Positions 12,757 through 25,907 of a DNA stretch of 64,000 nt are shown here, one piece after another (positions within the stretch are counted from its first letter, which is position 1; every line of letters starts with the position of its first letter). Made by a program: the position numbers and the translations under genes. Location: NCBI GenBank assembly GCA_036785375.1, contig JAWMAR010000167.1, positions 5,208,001 through 5,272,000 of the forward strand, read 5' to 3'. This stretch comes from Leucoraja ocellata. Its lineage: Eukaryota. Below the pieces are notes generated by a model. It saw only the letters and a list, made by a program, of their open reading frames with translations, had not been told where the DNA came from and did no database searches.

Positions 12757-13317
12757 TTAGAGTTCTTAAGTTCATCAGTGATAGTTGCAGAATTAGGCCA
12801 TTCGGCCCTTCAAGTCTACTCTGCCATTCAATGATCTATCTCTCCCTCCTAACCCCATTCACCTGCCATCATCCCCTGGTATTGTATTAATCAAGAATGA
12901 ATTTATCTACGCTATAAAATATCCATTGACTTGGCCTCCACATTCTGTGGCAATGAATTCCACAGATTCACCACCCTCTGACTAAAGAAATTCCTCCTCG
13001 TCTTCTTCCTAAAGGAATGTCCTTTAATTCTGAGGCTACGGCCAGTCCTAGACTCTCCCATTAGTGGAAACATCCTCTCCAAATCCATTCTATCCAGGCC
13101 TTACATGCGATGTCTTGAGGATGTAAAAGATGCTACATAAATACAATCTCACTATTTTATGTCAAACACAGTGAACACGCGATTCTCTCATCTTGTCTTT
13201 CTACTCTCTTTTTCCCTCTTTCTCACTCTCTTTCCCCCCCCCCTCTCTGTCTTTCTATCTATTTATCTATTCATCTCTCTCTCTGGGCTTGATACTTGGT
13301 TCTTGGCTCAGTCCTTG

Positions 13318-13480
13318 GGTCTTTTATTAAAAATTAATTACAACCTGAGGGACCTGGAGGTAGAATGGTGGGTTAGAAGATTTTTTATATCGGGGGAGGG
13401 AGCAAGCGCGTTAAGGGCTTTGTATACGTATATGAGGAGCTTGAAGTTGATTCTGCCCCATGTTGGGAGATGGGAAATAA
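13318..13480 (-). mobile_element. L2-clade LINE ORF2 C-terminal fragment
   Basis: RINFKLLIYVYKALNALAPSPDIKNLLTHHSTSRSLR matches the L2-type RIxFKxLxxxYKALxGLAPxYLxxLL...RxLRS ending. Confidence 0.7.
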
Positions 13481-15450
13481 ACTTGGAATACTCAGACTGA
13501 ATGGCAAAGGCTGTCTCAAATGGTAGAGAGGCCACAGGGAATGATGTGAATCTCTGTCCCATAGTGGGACATTCCCCAAACTCCCACCATTGCATCACAA
13601 TAGGATGCAAGACAGTGGAAATCAGGCTAATGGAAAAGTACACAGATTGAGGCAAGTGTCACATCTGGTAGCGAGAAACATCGCAAGTCGGGCTGGATTT
13701 TTTGGTAAGTCGTACGCCTGGCTACGTTCTCATATGATGATCTCTAACCTACATCGCATTCACCGTCCAGCCTAAACTGACCAAACCCAGCCCTTCCCTA
13801 CTGACTGGACGGCAGGTACAGTCTAGGTTGCCCAACTCCAAGAGTCCTGCCTGACTGGTAATCTTTATCTGCTGCAAACTTTTAGAAAAATATAATTGCA
13901 ATCAAAAAGTTTTCAAAAATATTAAATACACCGTTGTTTTTTTAGTGAACATAAATATTAGATGCCAGGCCTCTCGAGCCTGGTTTGCCATTCATTAAGT
14001 CATGGCTGATTTTCCAGCGATTCATTCCACTATATCCAGAAATCTCTAGATTTCTGTTTTGAATGAACTCAGTAACTCTTGGCACATTTCCAGGGTATAG
14101 AACTCCACCCTCTGAATGACGAATCTTCTCCACATCTCACTCGACAATGGCTTACTCTTATTCTGAGACAGTGATCCCTGGTTTTAGTTTCCTCACCATC
14201 GCTGCATCTACCCTGTGGAGTTTTCTGAGCCTGTTTTATTTTTCTCTCGCCCATTTGTGGTGGTCCTGGAAATTAATCCTTACGTCATGCAGACTGACTG
14301 GGAGAACTGGCATCCCTGCTAACGATTTCAAACACAGAGATTCTGGGACCTCATCATCAATGCGTAAAAAGACCAGAAACTCTCCCTGTCAGCTGTGGCT
14401 CAGTAGGTAGTCGTCTTGCTTTGACTCAGAAGATCTTGGGCTTGAGTATCACTCCAGGGACTTCAGAACAGAAATATCTGAATAACGAAAGAAGGGTCCG
14501 AATTTGAAACATAGACTGTCCACCTTCCCCCCATTGATCCTGTCTGACTCGCTGAGTTCCTCCAGCAGTTTGTGTTATAGCACCAAAATATCTACTTGAT
14601 ATTCCAGTGCAATGCTACAATGTCAGAAGAGGTGTACTTTGGATGAACTCATTAAATAAGAGCCAAGTTTACTTTCTGTGGATGGAAAAATGCAAGGTTT
14701 TATTCTAAAGAAGAGCAGGAAAATGATTTCAAAGTAATGGTTGATATTAACTCCTTAAATCCATGTTCGTGCTAGTTTGCAATGTACAAATATTAGCAGC
14801 ATCAGTAACTTATCTTTAAAGTATTTCATTTGTTGTAAAGCTCTCCCAGACAGGTTACTTAGATAGGAAAGGTGTTGGGGGATATAGACTAAACACAGGC
14901 AAATGGGTTTAGCTTAGATTCGGCATCTGGGTCAGCATGGACAAGTTGGGCCGAAGGGCCTATTTCCATGTTGCATGCCTCTATGACATTCCAAGATAAC
15001 CTGAAGGGGTGAGAGACACAAACACTCTTTTTCCTTCAGAACGATAAAATATCTCCATCCCTCCTCAACTACTAATAGGGAAAGGGCACAAAATAATGAT
15101 ATATATTTTTCCCCTCCAAACTCTTTTTAACAGAGTCCTATCTTTTCAATAGAATGTGATAAGGCTCAGCCATAAAGATAGAGAACATGAGCCAAGAGTT
15201 CACATGAACCACTCCGGAGGACGAGAAACCAATTAGGGTTTATCGTAAGGAATTGGGAGTGGTCCAACACGTCTAAAGGCTCAGCGGCTGTTCGAATCAA
15301 TCTCAAGTGTGAAAGGGAAATGGTTTTAATGCTGGCGAAAGATGAAAAGGCATTATGTCTTCAGAGCAGCAGTCCGAGCCCAACGCTGCACAGGAGGAAA
15401 TTACAGAAGGAAAACACAGATGCGCACTAGCGCTGTGTATTTATGTTCAG

Positions 15451-15610
15451 GGTGGCACAGTGGTGCAGCTGGTCTCAGCTCCAATGGCCCAGGTTCAATC
15501 CTGACTTCGGGTGTTGTCTGCATGGAGTTTATATGTTCTCCCTGTCACAATGGGGTCCTCGGGGTGCTGTGGTTTCCTCCCACATTGCAAACACATGCAG
15601 GTGGAAGGTG
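15451..15610 (+). mobile_element. tRNA-derived SINE, partial
   Basis: ggtggcacagtggtgcag...ggttcaatcctgact...ggagtttatatgttctccctgt. Confidence 0.65.
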
Positions 15611-17251
15611 AATTGACTTGCTCCCAGCCTATAGAGTAGTGGTGGAGTCTAGCGGGGGGGGGGGGGGATAATCTTTCCGTTGATTGGATAGTACGCAACA
15701 GAAAAGCTTTTCACTGTACCTCGATACACCTGACAGTGTACTAAATTAAACTAAACTAAAACTAAACTATGAATTGCCCCCTCATATAGTTGAGTAGTGG
15801 GATCTGGAGAGAGTTGATGAGGTTGTGGAGCTAATGGTGAATTTGCCTTAAAGGGTGGTAGAGGGCTGGCATGGGTTCAATGGGCCGAAGGGCCAATTGC
15901 TATGCTGTTTCTCTTTGCCTCTTTGTGATATTGTAATTGGGATTCAATGCTATGATGCACCTAGAATATGCAGTTCCGAAAAACAGACTGTTCAGCCCAA
16001 CTGATCTCTGCTGCTGCCTCCAGATTCAATGATCATCCAAGATAAACACCTAGGAAGGATCTACTGTCATATCCAGTTTCCAGACACTTCACAAGACACA
16101 GCTTTATCTGCTCAGTCTTTGCTGTACTTTTCAAAAGCACAGCATCTCCCTCTCCTGGTAGAGTTCCCCTACTTCAGATTACACCTGTTACACAGAATAA
16201 TATTCTTTGTGTTTGAATGTTTCGGACCCAAAATGTCACCTATTCCTTTTCTCCAGAGATGCTGCCTGACCCAGGATTTTGTGTCTATCTTGGGTATAAA
16301 CCAGCATCCTACCTACAGTTCCTTCCTACACAATATTCTTTGAGGATAGCTAAAATGTATTGGCTTTTGGGAGCTTGCACACCATACTTTCAAATGTCAA
16401 TCCAATATCACTTGTTGAAATCTGCACAGGTTGTGAGTTCTGCACTGGATTCAACTCAGATCTATTTCTATGTTGGTTTTAAGTCTAGTAGTTTAACTTA
16501 CTACTGACAAACAAGTATGAATAAAAGTGATTGCTTGTCGATTTCCAAACCTTTTAAGTGGCCTCCTGTGGCAAAGCTAGAAATCTGTGTTCTTATGAGA
16601 CAATGGTGCCTGGTTACTGTCGGGAGTGGTTACATGTAAATGGGTTATTTTTCCAAGACTGGTTCCTATTTGAATTTAATAATATTTATGGGAGCTAATT
16701 TGAATGGACTGATTTCCATAAGTCTGGCATTAGTAACCTGGGTGAACCTGCATGTCATATGAGTGGTATTATGACTTCACATTCTCACATAAAACATTTA
16801 AACATGTTGTCAGAGTCATACAACGTGGACACAGGCCCTTTGGCCCAACTTGCCCATACGACCAACATGTCCCATCTACACTAATCCCACTTGCATGCGT
16901 TTGGCCCATGTTCCTCCAAACCTGTCCTATCCGTGTACCTATTTAATTGTTTCTTAAACATAGAAAATAGGTGCAGGAGTAGGCCATTCAGCCCTTCGAG
17001 CCATCACCGTATTCAATATGATCATGGCTGATCATCTAAAATCAGTACCCCTTTCCATCTTTTTCCCATATCCCTTGAAATTGCAATTGTCCCTGCCTCA
17101 ATTACCTCCTTTGGCAGCTCGTTCCATGCACCCACCACCATTTACACATCTTCATACAAATGTACTAGAACAAGTATCAGCCTAAATAATTCCAATGTGT
17201 TTAATTAAAATTAGTTCCACAAAGTCCTATTATGAAGTTTAACCAGGTGTT

Positions 17252-17510
17252 AGACACAAAAAGCTGGAGTAACTCAGCGGGACAGGCAGCATGTTTGGAG
17301 AGAAGGAATGAGTGACTTTTGGGATCGAGACCCTTCTTCCAACTGAAAGGCAGGGAAGAGGTTTCCCTCTCCCCTGACTATCAGTCCGAAAAAGGGTCTC
17401 AACCCATTCCTTCTCTCCAGAGATGTTGCCCGTCCCGCTGAGTTACTCCAGAAATTTGTGCATACAGTATCTTCGGGTGTAAACCAGCATGTGCAGTTCC
17501 TTCCTACGCA
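17252..17510. mobile_element. Penelope-derived fold-back retroelement, two inverted arms
   Basis: Inverted arms of the same family; 14-bp TSD tttaaccaggtgtt (17238-17251, 17511-17524). Confidence 0.8.
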
Positions 17511-18029
17511 TTTAACCAGGTGTTGCCTTAACTGACCATAACATTGCTATGACCTTGTCAAGAGGCATCCCACTTCCTGATGCTCTGGTAAACAGCAGAT
17601 GCTTTGTCATTTATTCATCTGGAAAACAGCTGGTGTGGGTGGGAGGTAAATACCAGACAGAATGTTGGGAGGAATGGGAGAGTAACCTAGATACTGATGG
17701 AACAAGCGGAGAGAGGTCATGAGGGCGAGGATAGGTTCTGAGGATGATCCTGGAATTGAAACGTTAACTGGTTTCTATTTGATGATGATCTAACAGATAC
17801 CACAGTAGCTCTTCCAGCATTTTCTGTTTTTTTGTTTCACATTTCCCTATCTGTTTAATTTGTTTTTCAAAAGACCACCTCCCTTTATCATCTAATCTTT
17901 GCTTGGACATTCCTAGTTCAATGGTGGGATTAGGGGCAGAGCAAGGGATCAGACACAACGGCACGCAACTTCCACCACTGCAATGCAAAGCAGCCAGAAA
18001 GTGTCAGTCCTCCCATTGCAGCCAGTTAT

Positions 18030-18155
18030 TGTGTCGGAAGGAACTGCAGATGCTGGTTTGCACCGATGATAGACACAAAATGCTGGAGTAACTCAGCGGG
18101 ACAGGCAGAGAGGAGGGATGGGTGACGTTTCGGGTTGAGCCCTTTCTTCAGACTC
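18030..18155. mobile_element. Penelope-derived short retroelement fragment
   Basis: gaaggaactgcagatgctgg...agacacaaaatgctggagtaactcagcggg...gacgtttcgggttgagccctttcttcagact. Confidence 0.7.
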
Positions 18156-18872
18156 TCTGCAGAACCATCAGCGAGATGTCATCACAATCTGGCCAACTGT
18201 CTCTGATCTGACGATTATAACAGCCTCTGAATTGGATGGTGCTGTGCACCATCTGTAAAATAACCATTGAAGTATTTGTGTGAAAGCGCATTGAGGCTTT
18301 TAATAGAAATATAGCAGCTCAGATGCAAAGAATGGCTTGGCAGAAGCATCAAACCAGCAAGCCAAGAAATCTCACCAACCTTTTAACACCTTCATTGCCA
18401 GACCGAACTTTGCCATTTACCCTAATTGAAGGCTTCACCAGAGGCAAGCAGTTAGCAGCAGTTATAGGAAGACTGGACATTTAATTAGATCTTCTCTTCT
18501 CAAGTAGTCTCCTGGAATCAAGGATGTGCTTCAAGTCCAGTACTGTAGGCTCTGAGGTGGTTGATGAGGCTAATGAGAGATTCACAGAATGCTGCCACAG
18601 ATGGGGCATAAGATATTTGGAAGCGTTGGCAGGTAGGTAGTTTGGGAAGTGTCACACTCCTTCACCATTTACATTTCATTTCTGTATACTCCCAATAAAT
18701 GTCTCCAATTCCATCACAAATAATCCATAACCACCTATGCACAGATTGGCGAGAGCATTTTGACACATCGGGTGCCCTCATGGAAAGGTTGAGATTGACG
18801 GAAATGTAGGAATTTACTTTCTTTGGATGTCCTCAGGATGATCACAGGTGGCTAATTCTCTCAAAATAATGG

Positions 18873-19058
18873 TAGACAAAAGTGCTGGAGAAACTCAGCG
18901 GGTGCAGCAGCATCTATGGAGCGAAGGAAATAGGCAACGTTTCGGGACGAAACGTTGCCTATTTCCTTCGCTCCATAGATGCTGCTGCACCCGCTGAGTT
19001 TCTCCAGCACTTATGTCTACCTTTGATTTTCCAGCATCTGCAGTTTCTTCTTAAACAA
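18873..19058. mobile_element. Penelope-derived fold-back element, subfamily 2, near-perfect ~150-nt hairpin
   Basis: Palindrome centred on aacgtttcg-gga-cgaaacgtt; 16-bp TSD tctctcaaaataatgg (18857-18872, 19059-19074). Confidence 0.82.
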
Positions 19059-20857
19059 TCTCTCAAAATAATGGCAGGATAACATAGCAGTAGAAATGTT
19101 TCATCCTGTTTCATCCTACGCTGTCCAGAGGGAAGGAAAGCAGAGAAGTGGGGCCCAACATCAGTGCAAGTATCAAACATGGTACCAGACATTCCTTCTT
19201 GTTAAAACAAACTCTACTAGAGTCTAAACCAGTTTATGCTGCTGCAGCACATTGCCAAACATAAGAAATGTTTGATCGACCATCCTTTCTGATGCTCACA
19301 TTTTATCCACTAAACCAGGAATTGCTGCTTCCAATGAAATAATGTGGCTGATGTATGCAGTGAAGCAATGATCACCCGTAGATATTGCAGTCTGGAGATT
19401 CAACAACCAAAAGCAGAGATAAGGGAGGGATTGGCAGGTAGAAAGTCACACAATTTTGTTTTTTGCCAAAATAGAATAGAATGCCTTTTATTGTCATTCA
19501 AGGTTCGAACGAAATTTCATTCCTAGAGTCATGACATTACAAAATCACTGAACTCATGGATATTCGCTGTTAATCCTCAACTTCTAACCACTCTTCTAGC
19601 CCTTTCCCCCTTCATTATATCAACTCTGCCTTGTTGTAAATTGTATTGCGTTGTTACGGAACACATTTTGGACATTAATTTTTATTTTCTCCACTTTGAT
19701 CAGGGTCACTGTCAATGTTGTGGATTTCATGAATAATTGGTGCCCACCAAGCCTTCATCCTTTTCACTTTTATTAATTACGATGAAGTTAGTACGAATAC
19801 CCCTAGCTTGTCAGAGTAGGTTCAATCTGCAGAACTCCGGGAGTGATTTGAAGCCATCTTGTAAGGTTGTGCGCAATAAATTGTGAACAATCCAGAACTC
19901 TACACTTGAAATGAAGACAAGTGCTGTTAAAGAAGCACAAGGTCCATTATGGTGAGACACTTCCCATTATACAATTCAAAAATTGAGACTACATACCCTA
20001 AAAGTCAATAGCATAATAACAAAAAAAATCATAAATTAGATATTCATAAATAGAGGAATATCTGTGGGGGAAAGGATGTATTACATTAACAAGTGATGTA
20101 CTCAAGAAACCAGTTCCCACGACAACCAACCATGCAAGATGAAAGTACTGGAAAGGGACTTACTTAATATCCAATCTTTACATACTTCCCAGCGATGCCA
20201 TCTAATCTCTTATGTCGTAGCAGTATGCATGTGATATGATTGTTCACTAAAGCACAACATCCCCCTCTCCTGGAAGAACACTTATACTGTAGTTCTGGGA
20301 TGCAAGCAGAAGCCTCCACGTGGCGGATCCCAGGCAATGCTGACGACAGAAACTGTACCACTGAAGTAGCCAATTCTGCAACTACCGACCGACAACCGTC
20401 ACTGATCGACAGGAAAGTCGTGATATGGAAGATGGCCGGACACGAGGAAGAAGAATGTAGTTCTGCCAAAGGGTCCTAGATCAAAAATGTTAACTGTTAC
20501 CATTTCAACAAATGCTGCCTGACCTGCTGCATGTTCACACCATTTCCTGTTTTTATTTTAAAATTTTCCAGCTTTTTGATTTTTACTCAAATGACAGCTT
20601 AAACTTGCCCGAATATAAGTGATACTCTTGAAGGATAATTTCATTGAATTCTGCCATTTTACACAGCATAGCTTCGTCCTTGCAAGGAGCAGGCCTTAAA
20701 ATGGCCTTGTTTTTTTAAAACAAACATGCACATTTTCTACATCGAGCTTCAATGTTTATCTGTAAATTAAAATTTGATAATTACATCACAAATGTGCAAC
20801 AGTGGATGTGTAATACACCTTTCTCATTGCATTAAGAATATTTTCACCCTTCAACCC

Positions 20858-21516
20858 CTGTTCACAAATTGATGAAACTATCTGTCCAGTTACCCTTGTT
20901 GGAGATTTTAACCACTTCAAGAATCATAAACCCAATGACAGACAATAGGCAGACTTGTGTAACAGTGGGATTATAGGGATGTTCTGTTCTTGTTACGATA
21001 CTTTTCACGTTGAAGAACTTCTTGCATATTGCCCTACATACAGCTCAGAGCGTGGGGAGTATCTTGGTTCAATGTCTTTATTATCACGTACAGTGAAATT
21101 CCTCCCATCCCACCATGTAAACCCACCCATCGATGCCTTTATCACCACAGTTCTCCAAAAAAGTGCCTTTTTATCAACAGATTGTCTAAACAAAAAATCT
21201 ACACTCCCTGCATTCACTGCACCTAAATCTTGCTCACTTTTGCTGAGAATTCGTAATAATTTCAAGGGCTATTCTACAACCTTATATGCCAAACTACAAA
21301 GATAATTTTTTTTTAAATTCAGTCAATATTGTAAATGTAACAACGAGCTCCCACAATAAACAAGGTGTTTGATGGGTAGACAATCAATCTTCTCATGTGT
21401 ACTGAGGTACAGAGATATTCTTTGTTTTTGCATACAATACACAAAGTACACAGAATCCAATTGGTGCTGTTGATTGAGGGGGTAGCAATAATCCATTTTC
21501 TTCAGTCCATCTTGGG
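20858..21516 (-). pseudogene. Possible decayed C-type lectin domain-coding region
   Basis: Fragmentary CTLD-like motifs in order on the minus strand across frameshifts and stops (see findings). Confidence 0.3.
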
Positions 21517-23272
21517 ACTTTTGCCTGCACTTGAAAGCCACCAAGGCTTTGAAGTAACTTCTCTTCTGAAGGATGCTACTATTTGTCACGTTTTGTCCCC
21601 CCAATATTGCACTGGGATATCACCTTGCATTTTGTACTGGGGTTTGAACCCACAAACATCTTTCTCAGTCGTGTTATATTTCACACCACACCTATCTATC
21701 TCATACTACATTTACCGCTATTGCCTCTGTTACACTGTGTAAGCAGCACAAAGTCATGGATGAAGTAGAGGGCCACGTACCGAAACATCGCTCTGTCCTG
21801 ATATGCTGCGTTACTCTTGAGATATTCAAAGTACATTCTGCGTAAACGTTTGGTGCAATGTAAGATCAAATAATGATAATGCATTAAGCAGTATTTCAGC
21901 ATTTATTGAGACAGAGGTCATACAGATTCCTGATGGTAAACATAAACGCCCTATTTAACACAGGCGAGAACAATAAGGACACACGGTATGTGAGACTACC
22001 ATTTGGACCACCCTCTGCATATAAACAGTATACCTTTGCGGCTTAATGCTTTGAACAAGACCCCCGATGTAACAATGAAAACTACTAGGGAAGTAATGAG
22101 TAGAGTCACACGATTCTATCTCAGGCTGACGGTATAGAGACTTTACATTAACCCAACGGTATCATGAGATCAACAAGTTCTCCAACCCTATTCTGTCATC
22201 TTGGTAGTCGTTTCCTACTGCTGAAGCCTGTGGAGCTTAATATCTGGGAGTAAATATTTGATACTCCCAGTCAGTGCAGATATGAGGAGTCAGAACACAG
22301 AGATTGTCAGCTTGCTTCTGACAAAAATACTGCCATCCGTCCTCAATTGATGGGGAAGTCATGCTCTGTGCCAAAATCCCTCCCCCAGAGAATTCAACAA
22401 CTCATTCTCCCAGATGAACAGTTCACCCCTTCTTTAGCTCTTTCACGAGTCTTAATTTCAAAATCCCTCTTCGCTATTCCACAAAAACAATAGATGTGAC
22501 TGGTTGAAAAGCTTCTGTGACACTTCACATCATCGAAGTGCAAATAAGACATGGTGGAATGAATTCAATTAACAGCACAAATGTCAACTAACAGGTTCCC
22601 AAGTTGGGTGGAGATGATAACTTCCATAATTTTAATACTGAACAGATATACGGAAAAATATATAAAGGCACGATTTAGCAACTACCAGCTTTCATGTGCA
22701 ATATCAGAAGTCAGGTTAGCTCTCTGTAGTCTACATAATTGGCCTCTACCAAAGGTGCACTGTAAACATTTTAATCATCGAACTCTTTCGGAACAAATGG
22801 AAATTATCAAATTAATTTCTGCAGAAACTTTTAACATTGTATAAAATCAGAAGCTGATCAAGGCAGCTGATTCACACTAGCGACAAAGGCTACATATCTA
22901 ACCACTACAATTCCTTCTAATTCCTTGCTGTCTTGGTTAGATTTCTGCAGAAATTTATTTGATAATTTCCATTTATTCCACTTTTACTGAACGCACTCAC
23001 ATGGAATTCTGGTCCCTGCTGGAGTCTAAGAATTGGGCGTTAAATTTCTACTTGGGGCGCACTGATCTGCACGGCAAATATCAGTGGCCTCTGTGGCCTA
23101 GCAATTTCAATCCTTTCCCCCACTTTGTCCTTCATTCTATAAATAAATAGGGGGACAATGTACGATAAGATGGTGTTTTAAAATTTAATCTGGTTAAAAA
23201 TATCATATTGCTCCAGAGCAAGTGGTTACTAAAAACTAATTAAGACCGTGTTACTGTGTAACAAACACTCCT

Positions 23273-23464
23273 GTTTAAGAAGGAACTGCAGATGCTGGAA
23301 AATTGAAGGTAGACAAAAATGCTGGAGAAACTCAGCGGGTGCAGCAGCATCTATGGAGCGAAGGAAATAGGCAACGTTTCGGGACGAAACGTTGCCTATT
23401 TCCTTCGCTCCATAGATGCTGCTGCACCCGCTGGGTTTCTCCAGCACTTTGGTCTGCCTTCTAC
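23273..23464. mobile_element. Penelope-derived fold-back element, subfamily 2
   Basis: Same palindrome as 18873-19058; TSD taacaaacactcct / taacagacactcct. Confidence 0.8.
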
Positions 23465-23949
23465 TAACAGACACTCCTCACCAGTGAAATAAAACACTCC
23501 AAGAAGGCAGAACTCAGAAGTAGTTTGTGGGAAATGTCTGAAAACCCCTTGTTAATGAACAAGGTGAGGGATGTGAAATGTTCTTACTGGTGCATGAGGT
23601 GCCACACAGAATTAACTTTGGCACTTTCCAAAGCCCAACAGGAGCCATTACTACCGAAAGAGTTGCATGTTTCTTATTCTGATTGCTAATTAAACATCTT
23701 TGAATCTAAGGAACACCAGAGGATACTAATCTTGGTCTGGTATACCTCTCAGCTGGTAATCTTTGTCTTTGTTAATCAGTAAGTTTCTTTTTAGTCCTGG
23801 CCTTCATTTTGTAAATACAGAAAAGAATCCTGACGGCACAGGGCAAGAAGTTATAAAAGTTTGAATGTTCAGCAAATGCAATGAGAGAGAAACAAATCAT
23901 TTAACAGTACAGATTATCACATATCAAAGATCAGGGTGAACTAACTCCA

Positions 23950-24313
23950 TCTGAAGACGAGTCCCGAGCCAAAAGGTAATCAGTCTGAAGAAGGGTCTTG
24001 ACCCGAACAGTTGTCTATCCTTCCCTCAACAGATGCTGCTTACCCGCTGAGTTCCGTCAGCACTTTGTGTTTATCTCAGATAGTTATGTGCAAAGTGGAG
24101 CAGACCATGGAGCTCATCAACCCAACATGTCAGCACCCACCTCAACACTCCAAAGGGAGGGAAGACATCAACTGCCTGCATCCCAGAGATAAAATCACAA
24201 ACTAACTCTGGCAACAGTCTGAAGAAGGGTTTTGGCCCAAAACGTTGCCTATTTCCTTTGCTCCATAGATGCTGCCGCACCCGCTGAGTTTCTCCAGCAC
24301 TTTTGTCTACCTT
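23950..24313 (+). mobile_element. Cluster of Penelope-derived repeat fragments with degenerate hammerhead-like cores
   Basis: ctgaagacgagtcccgag..., agtctgaagaagggtcttgacccgaac..., agtctgaagaagggttttggcccaaaacgttgcc... Confidence 0.6.
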
Positions 24314-24578
24314 ACTGACTGATTATCTGCTGTTATTGGCAAACCAAATAACATCCTCCAAAAACAACCAGACGGATCTAAACTGAGTTACAATGTTAAT
24401 TGATAACATCCAATTTATGGAGTAATTCGCTATTGCAAAAGGTGCCTCTGCCTTAATTCATCAGTCGAATATTAGTCAGTGCTGGTTGAGCAAGCTTGTT
24501 TAAGTAACTCTCTGTATTATTTGAGTTACTTACATTTCTGGTAATCCTATTTATAACTATCTAATTATTACATAATTA

Positions 24579-24885
24579 GGCGGCATTGTGGCGCAGCGGT
24601 AGAGCTGCTGCCTCACAGCGCCGGAGACCCAGGATCGACGTGACTACAGGTGCTGTCTGTACGGAGTTTGTACGTTCTCCCCGTGACCGCGTGAGTTTCT
24701 CCAAGATCTTCGGTTTTCTCCCACGCTCCAGCTTTGTAGGTTAATTGGCTTGGTATAAATGTAACAAATCTCCCTTGTGTGTAGGATAGTGTTAGTGTGC
24801 GGGGATCGATGTTCGGTGCAGACTCGGTGGACTATAACAGGACCTGTTCCTGTGATGTATATCTAGAATTAAAAACTAAACTAAA
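24579..24885 (+). mobile_element. tRNA-derived SINE (HE1/V-SINE-like), near full length
   Basis: A-box tggcgcagcgg, B-box-like ggatcgac, conserved core gtgctgtctgtacggagtttgtacgttctccccgtgacc, (ctaaa)n tail. Confidence 0.8.
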
Positions 24886-25901
24886 TTCAGGTGCTGAGAT
24901 GGGAGTATTGCACCTATCTGGCTCCCTGGAATTTATTAGCTGTGAAATTAATCACGAGATTATTAAAATGGGAACACCCCTCTCGATTTGAGCTCCTTAT
25001 CCACTGCTTTATATATCAGACGCACGGTCTTCTAGTGGAACAAATGCAGAACAGTCAGAAACAGCTCAGTAGAATGGGCCAATAAATGTGCAGGGTCGAA
25101 GATTGAAAATTATTGGTCGGATTCAACATTACAAGTTACATCTGTACAAAAAATAATTACATTTTATTAAACTGAAACATTAGTTCATCCTTCACAGACA
25201 CCACCTGAGCTCTTTCAAATTCCCTGCCTTCATTCAGATTTCCATCTTCTCCGATATTTGATTTCATCAGGGAGAGACGGATTGAAAATAAGAGAGAAAT
25301 TGGCCAGGGTGTGGGAAGTGGACGGAAGCCTTATGATGTGAACCCTGTTCTAAAGACAAATTTGTCGGCAGTTTTCAGCTTCATTTTGGCAAATTTCCTG
25401 TTGAAGAATTAGCATGTGTGTTTGAGTATACTCCCAGTAATATTGTCAACGGCTTACCTGATGGTTTGGAATGGAAGCCAAAAGAAGTGAAATAATACTA
25501 AACTAATGCTAAAAGGGGTTCATCTCCACTTACAGAATTCTGCTGCACCTTCCCACATTTAAACAGACACTAACCTCAAACACTCTCCCCACCTAAATGG
25601 ACAAATGGATTAATATTCCAATACTATTCAGCTCAAATTGCTTATGAGGTGTTCTACAAAGGACTTGTCTTTGACTAATTAACCCTGGATTCCTTCACAT
25701 TGTTTACTGTACTTCTCTTGACACAGCCACACAGACCCAACACGTCTTGGGGTGTACAATCCCAAACCTTTAGTGGGATGGCAGAAAATATGCAAGATAA
25801 TATCATTTACCAAATAATGCCTTGCATCTAAAAAAACATCTCAAAGTGCTTCACATTCAATATTTCGAAGGCGTCTACAAAAAAAACATAAGATTTCCGC
25901 T

Positions 25902-25907
25902 TTTATT
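25902..25907 (-). terminator. Candidate polyadenylation signal (AATAAA) of CSGALNACT2
   Basis: tttatt on the plus strand ~0.86 kb past the stop codon, followed on the minus strand by a T/GT-rich stretch. Other downstream sites are possible. Confidence 0.4.

Noticed and set aside
20164-20479. Cys-containing ORFs vaguely like a GPS motif
   Set aside because: Conserved Trp and HL/T residues missing; not supportable beyond the lectin-like remnant already noted.
24579-24660. tRNA-like sequence with A/B boxes
   Set aside because: Head of a tRNA-derived SINE repeated many times in the window, not a tRNA gene.
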